Of a stretch of 64,000 bases of DNA, positions 1 through 9,933 are shown in pieces. Under the pieces are notes generated by a model that was given only the letters and a program-made list of their open reading frames with translations, was not told where the DNA came from and did not search any database. Where the stretch lies: the IMG/VR virus record IMGVR_UViG_3300025162_000024, positions 32,001 through 96,000 of that record. One strand, 5' to 3'. The stretch comes from a virus. The position numbers were made by a program, and so were the translations under genes. Positions within the stretch are counted from its first letter, which is position 1. The number at the start of each line of letters is the position of its first letter.

Positions 1-1454
1 TTGAACGTACCTTCGAGTCCCCCCTTGCCGCTCACGGCAGCCTGGGCGGCCGGGCTCTTCCCAAACTCGGTGAGTGCCTCAGGGGTGAACTTGTAGTTGT
101 TGGTAGCCGGGTCATACCGCAGATTACGAGCCGTGCGGTCGAGATACCCGTGGTATGCCACATGCTGGGGATTGGTCTGGGCGAAGTTCTGCATGGCAAA
201 TGGGAGCATCCCCCTACCCTGGTATAGCTCCTGAGCCCTTTGGGCCTCTGCTAACTGTGCAGGGTTCAAGAGCTTGGAGTCGATCGCATTCTGGATGACC
301 TCGCCACCGTACCCGTAACCAGGCGTGTACTCGCCAGCCGCCTGCTTCTCGAAACGGATATCTGAGACCCACCCCAACTCGACCGCTCGCTTCCGCATGG
401 GTCCATCGAGCAGCCCGTGGACGTCCGCACCCTTGATGAACGCTCGGGCCAGGTCCAGGGAACTCATGTGGGCAATGTACTTACCCAGCTCTTCCGAGGC
501 CTGCTTGGCCCCTATCGGCACCACAAGAGCCCGATCGGAGCTCAGCCCTCTGGAGAGCTTGTCAGGGTTCTCCCCCGGATCCACAGAAGTCAGATAGATC
601 GGAGGAGGGCTGAGCTTCTTGGACCTGCGTTGAGCTTCCTTCTCGGCCTCGCCCTTGATCACCTCGGGGTTCAGCCTCTGGTCCAAGCGGTACCCACCGT
701 ACGCACCGGCCAACGCCGACAGGATCATATAGGGGTAGAGCATGGCCTCGGGGAACGAAGCTCGCTTCTCCCCATCGTCCAGCACCCTCTCCAGGCGGTC
801 GACAAACTCATAGAGGTCGAAACCTGAGGATGCCTTCTTATGCGACTGCCGTTCCCGATCCAAGAGCTTCGAGTACTCTGCTTGGGCCCGGCGGACACGG
901 GCATCGATCGAGGTGTCAGCCTCATCATCGGCATACTCGGCGTCCATCTTCTTCTTGGCCATAAGCCCACCTGCCACGAGGGCCGCAGCCCCCAACGAGA
1001 GGGGAACGGTCACCCCAGGGTTCTGGTACCAGGAGCCCCGGCCAGTAGCGGCCCCGGCCGCGGACGATGCATAATCCAATCCCTTAGATGCGGCGGTCCC
1101 CACCCCACTCGCAATATCCCCAGCCCGGTCCCCGGCAGCCACTATCAGCTGGGGGAGGGTCATGGCCAACTTCGGCTCTGTCTTCTTCTGCTGTTCTTGG
1201 TTAAGCCTATACAGGTGGTATGCCAGAAGGCCTAGACCCCCGGCCCCGATAGCCCCCATCCCGAACGTGGCCATCGTGGATCCCTGCTGGGGGCCCCCGG
1301 ACAAGTACTTCATCAGCCGGTTGGAATCATAGGGGTGGTTCCTGGACCAAACACCAAGATCCTGGGTCAATGCAGAATCGAGCAGCTGCTTACCCTCTAC
1401 CTCGGGCACCTCGTCAGCAGACTTCGTGAGGAAACTTGTGCGTTCGGTGGCCAT
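1..1454 (-). CDS. Putative virion/internal protein, partial (runs off the left edge)
   Basis: Not in the ORF track. Hand translation from ATG at 1454 (MATERTSFLTKSADE...) stays open to the window edge (~484 codons); Gly-rich hydrophobic segments and repeated K-x-A motifs (TKSA, PKLA, KKAS, EKRA, AKQA, EKQA). Confidence 0.75.
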   Translation of the reverse strand, partial: MATERTSFLTKSADEVPEVEGKQLLDSALTQDLGVWSRNHPYDSNRLMKYLSGGPQQGSTMATFGMGAIGAGGLGLLAYHLYRLNQEQQKKTEPKLAMTLPQLIVAAGDRAGDIASGVGTAASKGLDYASSAAGAATGRGSWYQNPGVTVPLSLGAAALVAGGLMAKKKMDAEYADDEADTSIDARVRRAQAEYSKLLDRERQSHKKASSGFDLYEFVDRLERVLDDGEKRASFPEAMLYPYMILSALAGAYGGYRLDQRLNPEVIKGEAEKEAQRRSKKLSPPPIYLTSVDPGENPDKLSRGLSSDRALVVPIGAKQASEELGKYIAHMSSLDLARAFIKGADVHGLLDGPMRKRAVELGWVSDIRFEKQAAGEYTPGYGYGGEVIQNAIDSKLLNPAQLAEAQRAQELYQGRGMLPFAMQNFAQTNPQHVAYHGYLDRTARNLRYDPATNNYKFTPEALTEFGKSPAAQAAVSGKGGLEGTF

Positions 1455-1463
1455 ACTTGGATT

Positions 1464-1799
1464 TTACCCGGATTGGAACGAGAACTGGCCGTTATTGCTC
1501 CTGAGACCGCGATTGGCGTGTTCAGGATACTGGAGTGCAAACTGGGTCCACCGGACAAGGACAATGAACTTACCGTCCACAAACTGACGGTCCTCTACGT
1601 GGATCTGGGCATAGCCCTTGGCCGCCAGGTTAGTGATCTGCCTATATTTCTCCAGATGCTTCTCGTCACTCAGATTCAGGAGATCGACGAACCCCTCAGG
1701 GTTCACGACCAGCCCTTCATCCCCCCGCTCAACTAGCGACGATTGCTCTTCCAGGATCGGAAGATTCTGCTCCCTGTGCACTGGTACTCGCGTCTGCAT
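1464..1799 (-). CDS. Hypothetical protein (virion module)
   Basis: 111-aa ORF with AGGAG SD, co-oriented in the cluster. Confidence 0.65.
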   Translation of the reverse strand: MQTRVPVHREQNLPILEEQSSLVERGDEGLVVNPEGFVDLLNLSDEKHLEKYRQITNLAAKGYAQIHVEDRQFVDGKFIVLVRWTQFALQYPEHANRGLRSNNGQFSFQSG

Positions 1800-2106
1800 C
1801 TGTCTCCTTGATGTTCAATTTCCGTCGAAGTTCCCGACTGTTCCGCTCCAGGTCGGCCAACACCTGAGCCTTACGCATCTCGTCCAACTTGCTCGAAGCG
1901 TCCGGGGTCAGCATCCGGCTCGCTCCGTAGCCCACGGCGGCCCCGGCCAAGGGCGGAACGGCCAACGTCAAATAGGCTACGGCATCCGCCAGGTTGGCGA
2001 GCATCGAGGTCTCACCCTGCTTGTTCAGCTGGGCCTCTAGCTCACCGGGTGTGACACCCGCATGGGCCAAGGCCGAGGCAATCCCATATCGGAAATACTG
2101 TCCCAT
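1729..2106 (-). CDS. Putative virion protein with Gly-zipper segment
   Basis: 125 aa; GGAGG SD; NKQG motif followed by PPLAGAAVGYG hydrophobic segment. Confidence 0.65.
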   Translation of the reverse strand: MGQYFRYGIASALAHAGVTPGELEAQLNKQGETSMLANLADAVAYLTLAVPPLAGAAVGYGASRMLTPDASSKLDEMRKAQVLADLERNSRELRRKLNIKETDADASTSAQGAESSDPGRAIVAS

Positions 2107-2115
2107 GTTAGCCTC

Positions 2116-2562
2116 CTAGCCGAAAAAGTGGTGTAACTGGTGATCGCCGACCAGGCCCAGGTTGATCCCAAACGAGAGAATCTCCAACCTTTGGGCTGCC
2201 CGGAGCAACGCACAAGCATGGGGCTGACAATGGTCAGGCCGTAGTCGATTGGGTATGACGAGCATGGACAATGCCAGTATGGTCAGCGCGAGTACGACGA
2301 TCATGTCCTGCCTGGTATACCCCCCAAGCAGGAGTAGGGCGAGGACCCCCGCATTGGCCCCAAACCCGGCTATCCGCCACCTGCGTTCCCTATTCGCCTT
2401 CCACAGCTCGAGCAGGCAAGCACAAGGGCAACTGGTGGCCAACGGTGAATCACAGGTCAGGGTGAGCCGGCTGTCTACAGCCTTGAGCTGAACTTGACAG
2501 CCTGGGACGAGCACCCGGAGCAACGTGAGTTTCAGTCTTGGGATTAGATTCAGCAGACGCAT
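2116..2562 (-). CDS. Hypothetical membrane protein
   Basis: Two to three hydrophobic helices (AGVLALLLLGG, MIVVLALTILALSMLVI); start moved to ATG 2562 after GAGGA. Confidence 0.55.
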   Translation of the reverse strand: MRLLNLIPRLKLTLLRVLVPGCQVQLKAVDSRLTLTCDSPLATSCPCACLLELWKANRERRWRIAGFGANAGVLALLLLGGYTRQDMIVVLALTILALSMLVIPNRLRPDHCQPHACALLRAAQRLEILSFGINLGLVGDHQLHHFFG

Positions 2563-2566
2563 AGGG

Positions 2567-3448
2567 TCATCCTCGCCAGATTCCACTTGCACGTAACAGC
2601 CCACCTACTAATCCTATCCGGCCCAATGTTTGCTGGAGTTCGGGGGGAGCCCCGAACACAGCGCCCATCGTCCTCCCGACCAGGGAGCCCGCGGCATACC
2701 CCAAGCCCGCTCCCATCGCTCCCCGGACCAAGTCTCCCGTGGTGATCAGCCCCTGGTCGTTCCGGGACTGCATGGCCCCCGCCAACGTCCGGAAGGCAGT
2801 TGCTTTCTCCGCCGGGTTCAATATAGGATCTGTGATCAGCGTGCCTGCGGCTACCCCCGGATCGATCCGAGCCCCCCAGACCATGGCCGCAGGGAGCAAT
2901 GACTGTTGCCCGAGGAACTCTGAGCTCTGCTTCTCTCCATCCAGCTTGGGCGGTAGCTTCATCCAATTCTGGAGGTCATCGTAGCTATGACCCCCGGTCT
3001 CCTCCAGATGCTTCTGGAGCTGCATAGAGTTCGGATACGTCTGGTTCAGCTGCTCTTGGGTCATCGGCTGACCGGTAGGCGGGTGCAGCGTGTTCTCGGT
3101 CTGGGCCCCTATGTACATCTTGTGCAGTGCCCCGGGATCCGCCCTGTACTTGTCTGCGAAAGCCTGTCTCGCGTTGCCCAGGTTAGTAGCGTGAATATCC
3201 AACGCTCCCCAGCCGGCACCGGCCCCAGCCCCTAAAAGGGCACTGACCAGGCCAAGACGGCTCTCATCAAACTGGGGGAAGAAGTGGGCCAATGGTTTGG
3301 ACAGAAGGTAACCGGTCCCGGCCCCCACCAGCGTCTTCATCCCCGCACTCAGCCAGGGACCGGCGATCCCCTGGGGGAATGGCCCGGGGTATCTCCCGGT
3401 CATGTGCTCTGCGATCCCCACAGGATTTTTGTACCACTCGTTGGCCAT
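2567..3448 (-). CDS. Putative virion protein with Gly zippers
   Basis: 293 aa; GAGTGY, GAGAGAGWG and GAGLGYAAG segments; EKQS motif. Confidence 0.7.
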   Translation of the reverse strand: MANEWYKNPVGIAEHMTGRYPGPFPQGIAGPWLSAGMKTLVGAGTGYLLSKPLAHFFPQFDESRLGLVSALLGAGAGAGWGALDIHATNLGNARQAFADKYRADPGALHKMYIGAQTENTLHPPTGQPMTQEQLNQTYPNSMQLQKHLEETGGHSYDDLQNWMKLPPKLDGEKQSSEFLGQQSLLPAAMVWGARIDPGVAAGTLITDPILNPAEKATAFRTLAGAMQSRNDQGLITTGDLVRGAMGAGLGYAAGSLVGRTMGAVFGAPPELQQTLGRIGLVGGLLRASGIWRG

Positions 3449-3452
3449 CGGT

Positions 3453-5279
3453 CTACTTCTCCGAGGACGAGGTCTGGCTGGCTGTACCGACGGTGGCCGC
3501 TGTCTGCTTGGAGGGTCCGCCCGAGGAGGTTGGTGTTTGGCTCGCCATGGGTTTGACCGCCGGTGCCTGGGGAGAGGCGGGTGCCTGCTGAACCTTTGGG
3601 ATGCCCTGTGTCAATCCTGCCTCGGGAAGTTTAGAGGCCAGAGAGGCGAAGACCTGCTCAGCACTCCACTTAGAGTGAGGGGTCATCCCACGGATCAGAG
3701 CCTTTGCCACTTGGACCGCCGCACTCTTGGTCGACGATTGCTTGGAACCGCCGGGGACCGCCGACAGACTCTTGACCGCCGGGCTCGGGGCAGAGGGCAT
3801 AGCAGTAGGCTTAGGAGTTGGTGCAGCCGCCGGCATGCTCGCCGTATCCCTTCTCCCGAAGTTAATCCCACCCGGCTGAGAGTCAGGCTTAACTATCGAG
3901 TTAGGATTGTCCCTCATGGGCATCGCTGGAGCTGTCGGCTTCGGGGCTGCAGAAGGCATACTCGCAGGCTGAGTAGGCCTAGTCTGTTGCTTGGCCATGT
4001 ATGCGCCTGCCGCGGCCACCCTGCCCTTCTGCGCATCGTACGCTGCACTCTCGTTTGCAGTCCAATTTGACGGACCAGGTGTCTGGCCCGGTCCGAACTT
4101 AATTGGAGGGAGTGCCCCGAAGCTGTTACCATTACTCTGAAAGGCGGAGACATTACTAGATACGCCGTCAGCTGCCATTTTCGGACCGGCCGGTGCCTGA
4201 GGTACCTGTGGAACTTGCGGGACTTGGGGCATGCCGGCGACCGAAGCATGTGACGCAGCTTCCTGATGTAACTTGTTGCCCTGGCTCTTCTTAGACTGTG
4301 AAGCCAGCCGGAGTGACTCTTTCATCCTCCGGTACGACGGGAGGTTCTGAATATCGTAGCGGTTCACAGGGGGCAATGCCCCAGGCTGCCCCGGTGTCTG
4401 AGGTTGACCTGGTGCCGGGGGCTGCTGCATATCAGCTGACTTCTTGGGAATTGGCATGCCCATTGAAGATCCGCCCAGCATGCTCTTGCCGGCTTCTAAA
4501 GCATGGCCTGCTGCCCCCGTAACCTGCGATGCACTTGGAAGCATTTTCACCTGGTTTGCTCTTCCCAAGTAATCTCGAAGACCCCCAAGGAATCCTAGCT
4601 TATTGCCGTTCTGATCTTCCCCAAGCGGCCGGAAGGCTCCAAGCTCCTTCTGATACTGCCGATCGCCGGGCGGTGTGGCGTGAGAGAACATACTGCCGAC
4701 AAAGTCACGAATACCGCCGGTTTCAATCGGCTTATGCGGAGCACTAGCGGAGACTGCTCCCGCCACTCCAGAGAATGGTGAGAACGCTGGCTTGCCCGAA
4801 GGTGCAAAAGCAGCTGAAGCCGCCCCAGCCACTCCAGAGAATGGTGAGACCGCTGGCTTAGCCGCAACTGGAGCAGCGTGGGTGTTGCCAAGGTACGGTG
4901 ACTGCAGGGGCATCTGTCCGGCCTTGCCGCCTTCTGGTGTGCCGTATACCGGCATATCGCCCGCCTCTTTGACCAAGCGGGTCATCGCCTCGCCATACAG
5001 GGTCTCGACCAGGGCCGCTGCCTTCTCCATCGACCCGGTCCGCCGGTACAGGTCGAGGACCAAGAATCCAAGCTCCTGGGCCCGGTCCATGACCTCTACC
5101 TGCTTAGCGGCCTTCTCCGGGAGATCCTTGCGGGGGGTCGCAGCGAAGTCATGAGCGTCCTGGGCCGACATGGACCTGGCCGCCTCTCGGATCTCGGGGC
5201 CAGCCTTTTTCAGCTTGCCCTTCTTGTACTGCTCGACCATGGCCATGAATCTCTGCTGCTTTTGACTGGTTGCTGGCAT
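3453..5279 (-). CDS. Pro/Ala/Gln-rich putative virion protein with N-terminal DUF3008-like domain
   Basis: N-terminus MPATSQKQQRFMAMV...DFAATPRKDLPEK resembles DUF3008-like phage domains; remainder low complexity with several K-x-A motifs. Confidence 0.7.
   Translation of the reverse strand: MPATSQKQQRFMAMVEQYKKGKLKKAGPEIREAARSMSAQDAHDFAATPRKDLPEKAAKQVEVMDRAQELGFLVLDLYRRTGSMEKAAALVETLYGEAMTRLVKEAGDMPVYGTPEGGKAGQMPLQSPYLGNTHAAPVAAKPAVSPFSGVAGAASAAFAPSGKPAFSPFSGVAGAVSASAPHKPIETGGIRDFVGSMFSHATPPGDRQYQKELGAFRPLGEDQNGNKLGFLGGLRDYLGRANQVKMLPSASQVTGAAGHALEAGKSMLGGSSMGMPIPKKSADMQQPPAPGQPQTPGQPGALPPVNRYDIQNLPSYRRMKESLRLASQSKKSQGNKLHQEAASHASVAGMPQVPQVPQVPQAPAGPKMAADGVSSNVSAFQSNGNSFGALPPIKFGPGQTPGPSNWTANESAAYDAQKGRVAAAGAYMAKQQTRPTQPASMPSAAPKPTAPAMPMRDNPNSIVKPDSQPGGINFGRRDTASMPAAAPTPKPTAMPSAPSPAVKSLSAVPGGSKQSSTKSAAVQVAKALIRGMTPHSKWSAEQVFASLASKLPEAGLTQGIPKVQQAPASPQAPAVKPMASQTPTSSGGPSKQTAATVGTASQTSSSEK
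4762..4859. repeat. Intragenic 32-bp direct repeat, 66-bp period
   Basis: gccactccagagaatggtgaga(a/c)cgctggctt at 4762-4793 and 4828-4859; encodes KPA(V/F)SPFSGVAG. Confidence 0.9.
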
Positions 5280-5293
5280 AGTTCCTCGTTCCC

Positions 5294-8200
5294 TTATTCT
5301 ACATCACCCTGTGTCTTGTGCGACAGGTCGTTCCATCCCTTGACCAGGCTCTGGACCCTGGGATCTTCGTACTTCACTGGCTTTGAGCCTGCGGAGTCCT
5401 CCGCGTACTGGAAGCCACCGCCTGGCCGGGGCAGCCTGAAGATGCCTGATGGTTTGCCAGCGGCGTCGTTCTGGGCCCCGTAGAACTTATCCCCAAGCTT
5501 CTTCTCCCCTTGGGCCACTCCGATCCTACCGCTCATAACCTCTGAGTCCGGGCCGGGCAATATGCCTCTGACGAACTGGCCCAGGCCGAGTACTGGATGG
5601 ACGTTGAGCGATCGGCCTATGGCGTCGGTGGTCGCGTCGATCGGCCCGAGCTTCTCGCCCTCTGGGCCTACCCCGTAGTCACGGAAGGCTCCGATCGTTG
5701 TGTTGTGCTGCCGCTGCATGATCCCGTTGGCCTCTGAAAGGGCCTGGGCCATCCCCGGATCTTCCCGTCCCGCACTCATCTCACGCACCCTGATATCCTT
5801 GGCCAAGGTCAACATACGCCCTCCGTCCAGGCCGCCTTCGACCAGGGCCCCGGCCCCGCCCACGGCCAACCCCGTCTTCAAAGCTTTAGTCGAAGCCTTT
5901 GCCCCACTCAGCACATGTCGAACTGTGTTAGCCCCCATCCATACGCCCATCCCGTTCAAAGTGAGCTTCTCAGCCGCCCTCTGTCTGTCTTCAAATGTCT
6001 TTCCGGTCACGACACCAGATAACCCGGTGGCCGCCTCTTGGGCCATCCCGGGGGCCATCGCGACCATGGCCGGGGCCATCGCCGGATTGACCATGGCCGT
6101 CAAGGGCTTGACCCCTTCTTCATATGTATCGGAGTTCTTGGCTGCCTGGGACCGGCCGGGGTATGCCGGGTCCTCCTCGGGCAGCTTCTGCCCCGAGTCC
6201 ACCCTTATCTGCTCTTTGGCCCGCTCCTCTGGCTGCAGGTCCCAGTCTTTCATGGAGACGCTGGAGATCCCTGCTCTAGGATCTTCCGTGGGCTTTGCCT
6301 GTCCAGCTCGGTAGGCTCCGAGACCGGCACCGCCCACTCCGCCCAGGCCCGCTCCGATCAAGGCATTCTTCAGGTAGTCTTTCAGCTTGGGCCTCTCCTG
6401 GAGCAGGGTGATCAGAGCACCTAGGCCTCCGCCGGCCAGGGCCCCGGCCCCACCGTAGACCGCGGCTGAGGTCCCGGCATCTGCAGATTGCTTGGGCTCC
6501 CCCTGGTTAAAGGTGCGGACGTAGCCGGGCATAAGCCGGGACATCTCGGCATCGGGGAAGCCCCCCTCGTTCTCCTCTACATCCTTAAAACGAGGATGCT
6601 CAGGGATCGCGAAGCTCTTGGAAGGATCCTTCGGATCAGGCGCAGTTTTTCCCATGTTCTGCCTGAACCAAGAAATAGCTTTCAACGCGTCTTCCGGCGT
6701 ATGCACCGGCTGCCCGGTAATGTCCGAGTACAGCCGCTTGATGTCCGCAGCCGCATTCGACAACTCAAGCTTACGGTTAGTCTCCAAGGTAGTCCACCGG
6801 GTATCGTTCCTTTGTAGACTGTGGCCAACCTCGTGCCTTCCGAACATCAGCTGCAGAGCACGATTAGTCGCGGGATCTGCGGATGACGCCTGATCTGAAG
6901 CGATATCATGATGGGCTATATACTTAGATACCGGAGCAGGTCTACTCAGGTAGCTTGAGACTGGCTCTGATCTCGATTCTCTCGCCCCGTTGACAAACGA
7001 GGCCGGAACATTAGTCTCCCCGCCAGCCGAGTAATTCGACTGTTCGGTCGGCACAGAGTGCAATGCCAAGGGCCTATCGGCCTTGGACAAGTCTTGATCC
7101 TCCAATTCGGTCATCTTATGGGAGGCGGCGTACCCTTTGGCCAGGTCTATCTCACGATTGATACCGCCAGGTAGCTTTGAGTAGGCTGGAGCCAACGCCT
7201 GCCTCGGGGTCGTGACAGCCTCTGCCCCCACTCCTCTGAGTTTGCCCATCGGTGTAATGTCCGGAAGATCAAGCTTCTCCACTGGTAGCCTTGGTCCCGG
7301 TTCCCCCGCCTGCTTCGGTCCAAAGGTCCTAGCATATCCTGGAAGTTGGTTTACTGGCTGGTTACTGACCACACCGGGCATAACCTGGGCTGCCCAGTCG
7401 TCGGGGAACCCGCCGTTGTCCTCGTACACCTGATAGTCCAGGGCGGTCGGGATCTTCCCGGTGTTCTTAAGCATCTCACGACCCATAACCTCGTTTTGCT
7501 GCCCAAACCTGGGAGGCAACAGATCAGAAAGCCCCGGCACATTCTTATACAGATCCGACGGGATCCGCTTAGCAAGCCAATCTCTAGCTCGCTCAAGTGT
7601 TCCCCATTCGCCCCTGGGATTGAAATTATGAGTGGCAGTATTCACCCGTCGGGCCTGCTCAGGATCAGTGTTCTGCCTGTACCAGGCCAGAGCCTCACTA
7701 GCCTCCTGAGGGTTAGTTACAGGTTTACCCGTGTGCAGAGCGTACTGCCGCTTGATCTCACCAACATTGTTAAGAAGCTCTATAGGCCGGTTTATGTGCC
7801 CCATTCCATCCGACGGAAGTTTCTCTAAACCCAGATCAGCGGCTGTGTATGGTCTGCCCATTAAACCAGCTATATCTTCGGACTTCTGACTTCCATGCCC
7901 GCCTATTTCATGCGCAGTAACCGCAGACGCCATGCTCCCAAGAGGGGCGGTCCCCGGACGAGGAACAAACGCCGTAGGTCCCGAGCTGTCGAGCGTAAAA
8001 GGACCGCCAAAGGCGTTGCGAGCTTCTGGAGCATACGCAAACCTGGCAGTAGGGGCAGCCCGGCTACCAGGCACTTCGGGGCGTACGACACGATACAGCC
8101 CACTCTGAAAACCTGCCTGAGCCTTCTGGGCAACTTGTGGGTCGGATTCCCAGTATGTCTTAGCATCGGCATAAACCTTGTCAAGACCTCCCGGAACCTT

Positions 8201-9394
8201 CGCGTACCACGGGGATAACACGTTGTACGGTGAAGTTGGTGGCAGAACTTCGTTGGAAACAGATAAGGAAGTCCGCGGATCATGTTTACCGTAGGCGTTC
8301 ATTCCGCCAAATGCGGCTCCCATCGCTCCGCCTGTCAGAGCACTGTTACCTACCCCCTGCCCGATGCTGCGATTAGGATCAATCGTATTTCTGGCAATGA
8401 CGTTGCTTGCGGCAGTGTGCAGCCCGCTGAGATCCGCACTTGCAAGTCCGCTGCCGAGCACTCTACCAAGTGTTCTCCCAGCGACCCTTCTCGTGATATC
8501 TCCGCCAAGCTGGCCTACCACCCGCCCACCAGTACCAGCTACTGTCGGGAACGCCGCCCCCATCACTCCACCAAGCCCAGCATTGCCAGCCCGCATGGCC
8601 AGAGCCTGCCCAGTGCTTATATTCTGCCCATTCTGCCTGGCCCTGGCAATCTCCTCGGCCGCCGATAGATCTCCAGACACCCCGCCCTGCCCAGCGAATA
8701 AGGCCGTAGCAGCCAACGGAGCCTTTACAGCCATCAACGGGGCTGTGCCGGCCACCCCCCCACCAATCCTGGCTACTGTGTTCAGTGCTGTATCGGCCGT
8801 CGGATTACCCAGTGAGGTCATCTCATGGTAGGCATTGGCATCCTGGCCACTGACCAGCCCAAGTGCATGTCCAGCCGGTAGGAGTGCCGAGTCGACAATA
8901 CCCTTGTTGAAAGAGTCAAGAGCCTGCTGGGCTGTTCCAGCGTTAGCCTCGCCCTTGGCCTGCAGATTATGCTGATACTGCTGCCGAGCTGTGTTCTCAT
9001 CCCCACCGGTCAATGCCGCATTCTGATGTCTGGCGATAATCCCCATGCCCAGCTTAGGGGTGTACCTGCCGGCAGTCTTCAACTCCTGAATGTCATTACC
9101 GGCATTAACCCTCCACTGAGGGGTGCCCTCTGGAAGCACAGGAGCAGCCTTCGGAGTGCTAGGGGCAATCGGGGTCTTTCCGGAGGTCCCGGGGACCAGG
9201 GGGGCGGCTGCTGCTTGCTTCGGAGCCTGTCTCCCCATCTGCCAGGGTGTCGCGTTATTAACCACACTGGCCTTCATCCGGGCTATGGCCTGGACCAGCG
9301 GGAGACTTACGCCCCGGCCGTGGGGGAGGGGCTGGACGGGCAGGGTCTGGCCGTCGAGGGCAGAGGCGAGCTTAAATAGGAGCTCTGAGGTCAT
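5294..9394 (-). CDS. Large putative internal/ejection protein with two zincin-like metallopeptidase domains
   Basis: HEIGGH and HEVGH motifs, each in a duplicated domain; Gly zippers; likely start ATG 9394 because the longer 9472 start lies inside a terminator. Confidence 0.75.
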   Translation of the reverse strand: MTSELLFKLASALDGQTLPVQPLPHGRGVSLPLVQAIARMKASVVNNATPWQMGRQAPKQAAAAPLVPGTSGKTPIAPSTPKAAPVLPEGTPQWRVNAGNDIQELKTAGRYTPKLGMGIIARHQNAALTGGDENTARQQYQHNLQAKGEANAGTAQQALDSFNKGIVDSALLPAGHALGLVSGQDANAYHEMTSLGNPTADTALNTVARIGGGVAGTAPLMAVKAPLAATALFAGQGGVSGDLSAAEEIARARQNGQNISTGQALAMRAGNAGLGGVMGAAFPTVAGTGGRVVGQLGGDITRRVAGRTLGRVLGSGLASADLSGLHTAASNVIARNTIDPNRSIGQGVGNSALTGGAMGAAFGGMNAYGKHDPRTSLSVSNEVLPPTSPYNVLSPWYAKVPGGLDKVYADAKTYWESDPQVAQKAQAGFQSGLYRVVRPEVPGSRAAPTARFAYAPEARNAFGGPFTLDSSGPTAFVPRPGTAPLGSMASAVTAHEIGGHGSQKSEDIAGLMGRPYTAADLGLEKLPSDGMGHINRPIELLNNVGEIKRQYALHTGKPVTNPQEASEALAWYRQNTDPEQARRVNTATHNFNPRGEWGTLERARDWLAKRIPSDLYKNVPGLSDLLPPRFGQQNEVMGREMLKNTGKIPTALDYQVYEDNGGFPDDWAAQVMPGVVSNQPVNQLPGYARTFGPKQAGEPGPRLPVEKLDLPDITPMGKLRGVGAEAVTTPRQALAPAYSKLPGGINREIDLAKGYAASHKMTELEDQDLSKADRPLALHSVPTEQSNYSAGGETNVPASFVNGARESRSEPVSSYLSRPAPVSKYIAHHDIASDQASSADPATNRALQLMFGRHEVGHSLQRNDTRWTTLETNRKLELSNAAADIKRLYSDITGQPVHTPEDALKAISWFRQNMGKTAPDPKDPSKSFAIPEHPRFKDVEENEGGFPDAEMSRLMPGYVRTFNQGEPKQSADAGTSAAVYGGAGALAGGGLGALITLLQERPKLKDYLKNALIGAGLGGVGGAGLGAYRAGQAKPTEDPRAGISSVSMKDWDLQPEERAKEQIRVDSGQKLPEEDPAYPGRSQAAKNSDTYEEGVKPLTAMVNPAMAPAMVAMAPGMAQEAATGLSGVVTGKTFEDRQRAAEKLTLNGMGVWMGANTVRHVLSGAKASTKALKTGLAVGGAGALVEGGLDGGRMLTLAKDIRVREMSAGREDPGMAQALSEANGIMQRQHNTTIGAFRDYGVGPEGEKLGPIDATTDAIGRSLNVHPVLGLGQFVRGILPGPDSEVMSGRIGVAQGEKKLGDKFYGAQNDAAGKPSGIFRLPRPGGGFQYAEDSAGSKPVKYEDPRVQSLVKGWNDLSHKTQGDVE

Positions 9395-9451
9395 ACCACC
9401 AGTGTACATCGATCTTAGCCCGTAAGGAGAACGTGTACGTATATCTGACAG

Positions 9452-9482
9452 AAAAAAGGCCGGCTGTGTCATTCAGCCGGCC
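9452..9482 (-). terminator. Rho-independent terminator
   Basis: Minus strand ggccggctg-aatgaca-cagccggcc followed by T6. Confidence 0.85.
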
Positions 9483-9519
9483 CACGCAAACACTGCCGGG
9501 TGCACCCGGCTACGGTGTA

Positions 9520-9927
9520 TCAGTTCTGAACCTGGCCCGAGACGATAAACGCGGTCCTCGCACTCGGGACAGAAAACCCAGTTACGTTCCCGGGCTTGAG
9601 GATGTAGCCGGCTTCAGGATCGACCGGGATCGAGACGGCCTGGATATTAAACCCGCCGTTCTTCTGCAGGACACAGAGTCCGGGGGACCAGATCTCCAAG
9701 GGCTGGGTATCGCTGAGGGGTTGCCCAGGGGTCACAGCGGGTCTCACAAGGTATAGAGTGCCATTCTCCTCTTGGTTCTCCACCAGAAGCTCCACGACGT
9801 TCCCCACCTTTAGCTGGCGGCCGCGGACTGGGAGACCTCCTAACTTAGCGGTGTCGGCCGCCTCGAACAAGCGTAACCGCTCAACCGCGTAGTCCGTTAA
9901 CTGCTTTGAGGGTAAGGAGTTGGGCAT
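9520..9927 (-). CDS. Hypothetical protein
   Basis: 135 aa; GAGGA SD; followed by a terminator. Confidence 0.7.
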   Translation of the reverse strand: MPNSLPSKQLTDYAVERLRLFEAADTAKLGGLPVRGRQLKVGNVVELLVENQEENGTLYLVRPAVTPGQPLSDTQPLEIWSPGLCVLQKNGGFNIQAVSIPVDPEAGYILKPGNVTGFSVPSARTAFIVSGQVQN

Positions 9928-9933
9928 AAGTCC

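Noticed and set aside
2116-2604. Holin assignment for the multi-TM protein
   Set aside because: No endolysin nearby and no recognisable family motif.
4762-4859. 32-bp repeats with a 34-bp gap resembling a mini-CRISPR
   Set aside because: Only two copies, in frame within a coding low-complexity region, and no cas genes.
9395-9472. N-terminal extension of the 1392-aa ORF
   Set aside because: Overlaps a terminator and a -10-like box; ATG 9394 is the more plausible start.
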